IMG/VR virus record: IMGVR_UViG_3300042558_003703
Length of the DNA: 56,334 nt
Direction: 5' to 3' (one strand)
From: an uncultured virus (IMG/VR IMGVR_UViG_3300042558_003703)
Lineage: Duplodnaviria > Heunggongvirae > Uroviricota > Caudoviricetes
The notes below the pieces were generated by a model. That model was given only the letters and a program-made list of their open reading frames with translations, was not told the DNA's origin and searched no databases. Shown piece by piece: positions 49,706 to 56,334 of this stretch; within the stretch, counting starts at the first letter, position 1; the number at the start of each line of letters is the position of its first letter. Made by a program: the position numbers and the translations under genes.

Positions 49706-50854
49706 TTATTGAGTGTCTATTAAAAATTTCAGTTCAGGCCATAGTTCAACAAATTCGCCGGCCTTGTCTGGGTGATATCGAGTTTCGTTAACAACAATGT
49801 GTTGTCGGAACTTGGCAGCGATAGTAGATGTTGATCCAATTTTGCCTTGATAGGTTCTTAAAGCTTGATCAAAAAAATTGCGATCCATGTCACGAGTAAT
49901 TCCTAGATTATAGAAACGCTCGATCTCGGCTGCAGCTAACTCAGCCAATTGTCCGTTGTGTAAAAACGGATCCAGATATTCAGGCTGGAATAAGTTTTGC
50001 CATAACACACTAACACCTTGTTCTTCGGCAAACTCTCTCAATTCACACACACGAGTAGCATTGTAAATATTATAAACTGCATGTATACCGCCCCACTGCC
50101 CTTGTGTGGTCATGAGATCTTTGACTGTAGCTAAATTTTGCTTTAACAGATTCCAATTGCTGCCGTGTCGAACATACTCAAATCGATCTCCGACGTTATC
50201 AAAACTCATGCTCCAGCCTACCTTATTCCTGGTTGTCAACTTCTTGAAAATTTTGTTATTTTCTAAATTGACATTGAGGTTGGTAATCAGCGTAACAATT
50301 GCATCGGCAGGTATAACATCCAGCAGGCGTTCATTTTCTGGCAACAACAAGGGTTCGCCGCCGACTAATGCCACTTCGTGAATGTGTTCTTGATGTTGCT
50401 CAATAAAGTCGCACACTTGATCGTAGTAGGGACGGGCACCTGACTTGAATGGTATGTTTTTTATAGCAGACCATTTTGAACTGCAAAACTCTCCGCAGTA
50501 GTTGCAACTGAGATTACAAGTGGTATTCCACCGCACATCCACAATCACTGGATAGTGATATTCAGTGCCGGCAGCGGCATAATCAAAATCAGGATTGACA
50601 TTGTTGTGCCACTTGCGTTCTGAATCAGCACCAAATCTTTCAGCACGTACACAATTACTGCAGTACTCGTGCGGGATTCCCTGCGATAAACTGGATCTAA
50701 TTTCTTTCATTTGTGTACTATTGAGTATTTCCACAATTGAATTTTGATTGAGATTGCCCAACATGTTGGGGTTACCTGCACAGCAGGTTTTTACATCGCC
50801 CCTGGGATTGATATGTAGGCCGCGCCAGGGTGCGGCACAATAGAAATTCGTCAT
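49706..50854 (-). CDS. Radical SAM protein with N-terminal SPASM/twitch domain
   Basis: YCAAPW..GDVKTCC..LGNL..CSNC, CNLSCNYC, GGEP, ITN, SFD. Confidence 0.92.
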   Translation of the reverse strand: MTNFYCAAPWRGLHINPRGDVKTCCAGNPNMLGNLNQNSIVEILNSTQMKEIRSSLSQGIPHEYCSNCVRAERFGADSERKWHNNVNPDFDYAAAGTEYHYPVIVDVRWNTTCNLSCNYCGEFCSSKWSAIKNIPFKSGARPYYDQVCDFIEQHQEHIHEVALVGGEPLLLPENERLLDVIPADAIVTLITNLNVNLENNKIFKKLTTRNKVGWSMSFDNVGDRFEYVRHGSNWNLLKQNLATVKDLMTTQGQWGGIHAVYNIYNATRVCELREFAEEQGVSVLWQNLFQPEYLDPFLHNGQLAELAAAEIERFYNLGITRDMDRNFFDQALRTYQGKIGSTSTIAAKFRQHIVVNETRYHPDKAGEFVELWPELKFLIDTQ

Positions 50855-50872
50855 CCCGTATTTACGGGCGAG

Positions 50873-51310
50873 TTAGTTGCACCAAGATGTTTTGGCTTCA
50901 CCGTAGTATTCACGTGCAAATCCGTTGGCAATCAGTTGCTGGCGTAGGCTAACACCGTTTAACAGCACATCGCCCAACACACGCCCGCCGTATTTGTCCC
51001 AGTCCATGAGCACAATTTGACGCTTTTGTGAGTTGGCAATCATTTGTTTGGTAAACGCTGTGGCTGCTTCGCCACGCTGTGCTTCACTGGGGCACTGAGC
51101 ACGAAAGCCCTTTTCAGGAGTGTCAACTCCGAACACACGGATACTGAGTTCCTGTTTGAGTGGTGCTGGTAACCAAGTGGCTTGTATGCCCACTGTGTCG
51201 CCGTCTATGACTCTGGTGATCACAGCGTCATAGGTCACTCCAGGTCGTTGTTTGGGTTGTGCTAGTGCCAAGCAAGGCACTACGAGTAAGAATAGGATGA
51301 GTTTTTTCAT
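50873..51310 (-). CDS. Secreted thermonuclease (SNase-like)
   Basis: Signal peptide, VIDGDT, IRVFGVDTPE, DKYGGRVLG. Confidence 0.9.
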   Translation of the reverse strand: MKKLILFLLVVPCLALAQPKQRPGVTYDAVITRVIDGDTVGIQATWLPAPLKQELSIRVFGVDTPEKGFRAQCPSEAQRGEAATAFTKQMIANSQKRQIVLMDWDKYGGRVLGDVLLNGVSLRQQLIANGFAREYYGEAKTSWCN

Positions 51311-51317
51311 ATGGTAT

Positions 51318-51926
51318 TTAAGCTACTTGATATGTGCCAGAAAGATCAAAGTGTGCGCCTGATTGCCAGGCGCCTGTGGCTGGAGTGTTGAATTTCCAAA
51401 CTAGATCAGAGACACTACCAGAATAATACAGTTTCATGACTGTGGTGCTGTCAATGACGTCTGTGATTCCAGCAATATGGTACAAGGCAGGAGAACCAGC
51501 ACCGGCTGTTTGATGCAGGCTGCCGCCGGCCAGTCTAAATGTGTTTATTGCGGGTGTGGGCAGTGTAATCTGATATCCTGTGCTGCCAAAGTTGGTAACC
51601 CCTGTAAAATCCACATACACATGTATATACATCAGCGGACCCATACGCACATAGGATGCTGTGGTAGTACCGCCAGCAAATGTGCCTGATCCGTCAGTGA
51701 ACTGCGGGTTGAATGTTGTGGTGCTGGTAACACCAGATCCGTATGCGACCAAATTTAGATTTCCATTGACGTTGCCTACATAGATATCTTGTGTGAGTTG
51801 GTTGACTACTAATTCGCTGGGTCTAGCAACGCCATTGTATGCGCCAATGGTTTCTTGTGCGTTGTCTTTCATTACAGCACGAGAGATGCCAGTAATATTG
51901 TCGTATGGTGGCGGGTTATTGGCCAT
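51318..51926 (-). CDS. Short tail-fibre/receptor-binding-like structural protein
   Basis: Y.R.G.L.YIHV..ITLP..LSGTY beta-sandwich pattern. Confidence 0.55.
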   Translation of the reverse strand: MANNPPPYDNITGISRAVMKDNAQETIGAYNGVARPSELVVNQLTQDIYVGNVNGNLNLVAYGSGVTSTTTFNPQFTDGSGTFAGGTTTASYVRMGPLMYIHVYVDFTGVTNFGSTGYQITLPTPAINTFRLAGGSLHQTAGAGSPALYHIAGITDVIDSTTVMKLYYSGSVSDLVWKFNTPATGAWQSGAHFDLSGTYQVA

Positions 51927-52330
51927 TATCTCGGGTATCCTTTAAAGGCCCGAACAGGACTTTTGTTTGCTACAAAAGCAGGCTCGTCACTGTCAGCACT
52001 GCTGACTAATCGCTTGCCGCCGGGTGTTCCAGTCATTGCCAAAGCACGGTCAATCAATTGTGCAATGTGCGGGCTAGATCCCACAACAACAGCATGTTCA
52101 CCAAACGCAGTTTCAGCAGACCATTCAGGCTTGTAGGGATCAATTCCTTCGTTTTCACTGCTGAGTTCGTTGGCATAATCGCTTCTGGCACGTGCCATTG
52201 CCACACCCATACGATAGTTTCCATAAGGGTCGGAAGCACTCAACCCTGGGATCACATAAGTGTAACGCATGGGTCCTTTGCTTTCAGGGGGTAAATCTCG
52301 TTGTTCGCGAATAAATTCTCTGGCTCTCAT
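51926..52330 (-). CDS. MRAREF...FKGYPR paralog A (probable internal head protein)
   Basis: Shares both termini with 52327-52710. Confidence 0.65.
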   Translation of the reverse strand: MRAREFIREQRDLPPESKGPMRYTYVIPGLSASDPYGNYRMGVAMARARSDYANELSSENEGIDPYKPEWSAETAFGEHAVVVGSSPHIAQLIDRALAMTGTPGGKRLVSSADSDEPAFVANKSPVRAFKGYPR

Positions 52331-52710
52331 CTGGGATAACCTTTAAATCCCTGCACTGGGCTAACTCGATTGACTTCTGACATTTCTTCACTGTTCATGT
52401 TGCCGCCGTTGAGATCCGTATAGTCAGCACCAATGGCCCGGTACGCCATTTTCAGCATGGCTTGTTCTTCTGGAGTGTATGGATGAGTACTTTTGTTTTT
52501 ACCTATCCACGATTTCATATCAATATCAGGTACAAACGTACCATCTGTTGAGGCCACTGCTTGGCCCAAACGACTCAATACATAATCACCGTTCCAGCGT
52601 TCAGCATCACTATAGACATTTAGGCCGCGAGTGGCCGCTTGCAGCCTGCGGGAAATCTTGGCATCTGCTGTTTCGGTTATTCTAGCAGAAACAAATTCTC
52701 TGGCTCGCAT
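52327..52710 (-). CDS. MRAREF...FKGYPR paralog B (probable internal head protein)
   Basis: Shares both termini with 51926-52330. Confidence 0.65.
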   Translation of the reverse strand: MRAREFVSARITETADAKISRRLQAATRGLNVYSDAERWNGDYVLSRLGQAVASTDGTFVPDIDMKSWIGKNKSTHPYTPEEQAMLKMAYRAIGADYTDLNGGNMNSEEMSEVNRVSPVQGFKGYPR

Positions 52711-52718
52711 GTGCGACC

Positions 52719-52997
52719 TTATACCTGTCGTACTGAGTAACTGCCTGAACTGGTTGTTCCAATTTCTTGTGCTGTAAAGTTAGCACCGGCTACAGTAAGT
52801 TTATTACCTACACCCACAAATACTGTTTGTGTGTAGTTTGCAGGAATAGAAACTGAATTACCGTACAAATTGCCAGTGGCAGTTGGATAGACGAGATCTA
52901 CGTTAAAAGTCACAGCCGTATTTCCTGTGGCAATTTTACATTTGTCTGTTAACCAGGCTTGTGCTGATACTGATGTATATACGTTTGCTTGTGGCAT
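52719..52997 (-). CDS. Small beta-rich structural protein
   Basis: Thr/Val/Gly-rich; AAGGA RBS. Confidence 0.55.
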   Translation of the reverse strand: MPQANVYTSVSAQAWLTDKCKIATGNTAVTFNVDLVYPTATGNLYGNSVSIPANYTQTVFVGVGNKLTVAGANFTAQEIGTTSSGSYSVRQV

Positions 52998-53016
52998 TTA
53001 TGATTCCTTTTTTTTA

Positions 53017-53778
53017 TTACCAAGCTCTACAAGACCAATAACGAGCCGATGTGCGAGGACCCGGATTGGCACAGTTATGTCTGGCCCTGAAGTTTTTCCT
53101 ACGTGCCGGATTTGACTTTTTGATACGCATGTTAGGATCGCCAAAGTTGACCTTGACTATGTTGCCTTTAGGATTTTTTACATAAACGCTACGTTTCTTT
53201 GGACCGCCTGGTGTTAAAAAAGGCTTGCCTAACTTGACTTCACGACCTTGGTATTCAGCTTCGTCTACAGCACCGGCAACACTTGATGTGGCTTGGCCAT
53301 GCAGATCTTCTGCATCTTGTCCTTGTGCGTTTACTGGATCAACTCCATCTTCATCAAGTTCTGATCCAATGGCACCCACTGGTGCAAGGTTTGCTGCCTT
53401 GGCTGCCAAGGGATCGTTATGGTCAGCATCAGTTTCGGGCTGATCGGGTGCTGTTTCGGCCAGTCCGGCACGGCTGCGGATCAAGCGTAACTCTCGGTCG
53501 CTGTTGTCGCTACCAGCATCGTTGACATCTGATTCGGCTGTGGTAAATCCCATTCCTGCACTGGAACCCACAGCACCGTATCGACGAACAGTTTCCAGCT
53601 GAAAGCCGTATTCTTCCAACAGGGCCAACAAGCGTTCGTCGCCTTCGATCACAATGCCATCTTCAACCACATCAACCACATGCGATTCAATCAGGCATTC
53701 TTCTCGAATATTGATAGCAAATCGATCCCCAGCGACTGGGGATTCGGATTCAGCGATATAATCTGCTAGTTTCTTCAT
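53017..53778 (-). CDS. Head-associated protein with a basic C-terminal FG...RHNC...YWSC module
   Basis: Start ATG 53778 (ATGA overlap); acidic linker, then VDE-AEYQG...VNFGDPNM..FRARHNC..RYWSCRAW. Confidence 0.65.
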   Translation of the reverse strand: MKKLADYIAESESPVAGDRFAINIREECLIESHVVDVVEDGIVIEGDERLLALLEEYGFQLETVRRYGAVGSSAGMGFTTAESDVNDAGSDNSDRELRLIRSRAGLAETAPDQPETDADHNDPLAAKAANLAPVGAIGSELDEDGVDPVNAQGQDAEDLHGQATSSVAGAVDEAEYQGREVKLGKPFLTPGGPKKRSVYVKNPKGNIVKVNFGDPNMRIKKSNPARRKNFRARHNCANPGPRTSARYWSCRAW

Positions 53779-56334
53779 TTTTTCTCGTATTGCTTGTAAA
53801 GATTCCACAAGCGTGATTCTGATTGCTCAACAACTCGTTCAGCTTCAGCCATTACACCTTGACGACTATCTTGACGATTCACAACAGGCCCTGTTGTTTG
53901 ACCTGTTGTCTTGGGACCATTTAATCCACCCGATAGTGTTTGTGTCATGTAGTCTTTGTCAGCATACACTTCGTCAGGGCTGTTGGCCAATTCTTCAGCA
54001 ACTTGCTCTGCTTGACAAGCACCTGCTTCGTGTATGCCGTGGCAACTTTCGCATGTTCTGCTGTAGCCTTCGCTAGAGAACAAACCTGCCATCTTCAGCA
54101 TGTTGCCCAAGGAATCAGCATCAGCATCTGTGGCATTGACCGTGATACTCTTTTTGCCTGTATCGTCTGTGCTGACATTGACACTCATGCCTTCGGTGAG
54201 TATTCCGCCCAGCTTCTTGTCAAAACTTTCTGCAATAGCGCCTTCGTAGACACCTTGACCAAACTGCATTCCGCCTTTGCTTTTCTTAGGAGCATCGCCA
54301 CCTGTAGCTACTGAACCCGACACTGTGGTTTCGTCGACTTTCTTTTCTTTGTCTTTCTTGTCGTCATACTCGATATCTTTGGTGACTTTCTTACCGGCCT
54401 TTTCTGCCTTGGCATCGTCTTTGCCCTTGTGCTTCATGTCGTACTCAAGATCTTTGGTGACTTTCTTGCCGGCCTTTTCTGCATGCTGGTCTTGAGTATC
54501 AGTAGACTCTTCTTCTACTTGACTTCTGCGCTTGAGTTCAGCCTTGAGTTCAGCTGTGGTCATGTCTGCTAAACCTTGGCGTGCGGCATGACGAGCAACA
54601 TGCTTGATCTTGTTGCCGAATTGGTCTTTGTCATCGCCTTTTTTACGATATGGTCCGTCAAACGGTACATCTTTTTTGTTAGTAGATTCTTCTTCGACAT
54701 CTTGTTCGGGCAATACAGGAGCTACATGTTTACCCAATCGACTGCGAATGTGATCTTTCTTGTCTTGAGTGGGAATAAGTTGTTGAACAGCACGTTTTCT
54801 ATCACCTGGTTTGAAATCTTGAGGAGGATTGATTTTGTATGGTCGTCCTTTTTGTAATCCAAAAGTTTCGATGTCGCTTTTTGGTAGTTTAGATCCAATT
54901 CCGGTGTCGGGTCCTTCTTCAACGCCTTCCTTGGCACGCAGTTTGTTTAACACTGCGCCGGCAACACGTTCACCAGCAGCCTTGCTGCCGTAACGTTCAG
55001 CAGCACCTTTGGCAATCTTACTAAAGTTCTTGCCTGGCTTACCAATATCTTTACCAGCACGAGCTGCTTTAGCGGAATAACCAGCTTCCTCAACTTCGTC
55101 GTTGCTGTTCATTGCACCTGCAACTGCTCTTCCAGCTAGGCTCCCAATTGCTTGTCCTGTTGATCCTGCACCAGCTGCTCCAGCCAATGCACGACCGGCA
55201 AGAGCGCCAACAATAGGAGCAATTTCAGGTAATTCTTCACGATCCATTTCTTCTTCAGCACCTAGATAATCTCTAGCTGTGTCAATGTAGTCCAAAGCTT
55301 TAGTGATCTTGGCCTGTACCCATTCCGGCAGATTATCATCCGCACCCAAGATAGCATGTAATTCGCGGGCAGCGTCAGCAATTTGATGTACTTGACTTAG
55401 AGCCATGTCACCTTCGCGATCGTATTCACCACGATCAACTATGTCGATATCGCCTTCCTTGAGTCCGCCTTTGCCTTTCAACAACTTGCTGTCGACTCCG
55501 GGACCTTTGGCTCCAAGGCGACGTTTTGAACCCTTGGGTCGTCCTGCTGCACGTGATGTATCATCGTCTGTTTCAGGTTCGTCTTGGTAGCGGCGTGAGT
55601 ACACTGTACCAGTGGAGATTTTTTTCTTGTCAAATGCACTGGAAGCATCGTCTTTGCCAAACCGCAATTCGTATTCGGGTGTGCCTGGAAACATTTCACG
55701 CACAGTTTCCATATCACCGTCGCCGTCTAAGTCGGCCTTCTTGATTCCGGCTGCCTTGGCCTTCAACACATTGTGAGCAAATTTGTTGCCTTCATCCATT
55801 TCAGCTTCGTCCATCTTGTCATGTCTGGCACGAATTTTGGCCATTTTTTCTTTACCGGCACCATCGCGTCCGGCCTGCTGCAGAGCTTTCATGCCCTCAG
55901 GACCGTATTTTTTCTTGCCTAAGTAGGCCTGCAATGCACTTTCATCTAAGTCTTTATCTGATTTAGACTTGACACTGAGTCCTTTTGTGAGGTCATTGGC
56001 GCTGCCACCCATTTGTTTCTGGAAAGAGCCTTTGGCATCGTTCTTGTCTTTGACAGCTTTCTTCATTGGCTCTTTCTTGTCGCCATCTTTGTCCATGTCC
56101 AGAAAGTCTGGTTTGCTTTTCTTGGATTCAGCAACACTATCTTTTAGTACTCCATGTTTTCTTGCAATACTATTCAGATCAACACCTTGCTGCTTTGCAA
56201 AGTGATAAAATTCAGCATCAAGGGTAGTTCCCCATTGATTACTGAGAGTTTCAAATCCCTGTGTTATTCCTTGTTGGAATGCTCTATAAACTTTGATTAG
56301 ATCCTGCCTGTCAGCTGGATCAGATTTCTTAGAG
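53775..56334 (-). CDS. Large charged polyprotein-like head protein (5' end beyond the window)
   Basis: Frame stays open from 56096 to the window edge; many (L/V/I/M)-x-E sites separate short modules. Confidence 0.7.
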   Translation of the reverse strand, partial: SKKSDPADRQDLIKVYRAFQQGITQGFETLSNQWGTTLDAEFYHFAKQQGVDLNSIARKHGVLKDSVAESKKSKPDFLDMDKDGDKKEPMKKAVKDKNDAKGSFQKQMGGSANDLTKGLSVKSKSDKDLDESALQAYLGKKKYGPEGMKALQQAGRDGAGKEKMAKIRARHDKMDEAEMDEGNKFAHNVLKAKAAGIKKADLDGDGDMETVREMFPGTPEYELRFGKDDASSAFDKKKISTGTVYSRRYQDEPETDDDTSRAAGRPKGSKRRLGAKGPGVDSKLLKGKGGLKEGDIDIVDRGEYDREGDMALSQVHQIADAARELHAILGADDNLPEWVQAKITKALDYIDTARDYLGAEEEMDREELPEIAPIVGALAGRALAGAAGAGSTGQAIGSLAGRAVAGAMNSNDEVEEAGYSAKAARAGKDIGKPGKNFSKIAKGAAERYGSKAAGERVAGAVLNKLRAKEGVEEGPDTGIGSKLPKSDIETFGLQKGRPYKINPPQDFKPGDRKRAVQQLIPTQDKKDHIRSRLGKHVAPVLPEQDVEEESTNKKDVPFDGPYRKKGDDKDQFGNKIKHVARHAARQGLADMTTAELKAELKRRSQVEEESTDTQDQHAEKAGKKVTKDLEYDMKHKGKDDAKAEKAGKKVTKDIEYDDKKDKEKKVDETTVSGSVATGGDAPKKSKGGMQFGQGVYEGAIAESFDKKLGGILTEGMSVNVSTDDTGKKSITVNATDADADSLGNMLKMAGLFSSEGYSRTCESCHGIHEAGACQAEQVAEELANSPDEVYADKDYMTQTLSGGLNGPKTTGQTTGPVVNRQDSRQGVMAEAERVVEQSESRLWNLYKQYEKK

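Noticed and set aside
51318..51926. Diversity-generating retroelement target
   Set aside because: No reverse transcriptase and no template/variable repeat pair seen in the window.

Overview
A 56 kb, gene-dense segment of a large tailed dsDNA bacteriophage with T4-like gene content, almost entirely on the minus strand and in the standard genetic code. Core genes: gp41-like helicase, primase, gp62-like subunit, a miniature DnaE-type polymerase domain, UvsW, UvsX, UvsY, gp32 SSB, a Seg-like GIY-YIG endonuclease, large terminase, a tailspike and many putative head/internal proteins with (L/I/V/M)-x-E processing motifs. Visibly AT-richer accessory genes sit between them: iscU-iscA, three tightly coupled radical-SAM + SGNH-hydrolase pairs, and an ~11 kb glycosylation/methylation island containing gmd. 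The most unusual region is 27.1-29.8 kb. It holds four repeated sigma70 promoter cassettes (GTTG-N8-CAAC box, TAGACC-17-TATAAT, AAAACAGGAG leader), an MNERIRELA mini-gene array, and a 3' hairpin whose loop is exactly complementary to the cassette RBS. Other highlights are a putative virion-packaged Pol-beta NTase/RNA-ligase fusion and many apparently leaderless promoters. No tRNA, rRNA, CRISPR array, integrase or reverse transcriptase was recognised. All assignments come from motif recognition by eye; no database searches were run.
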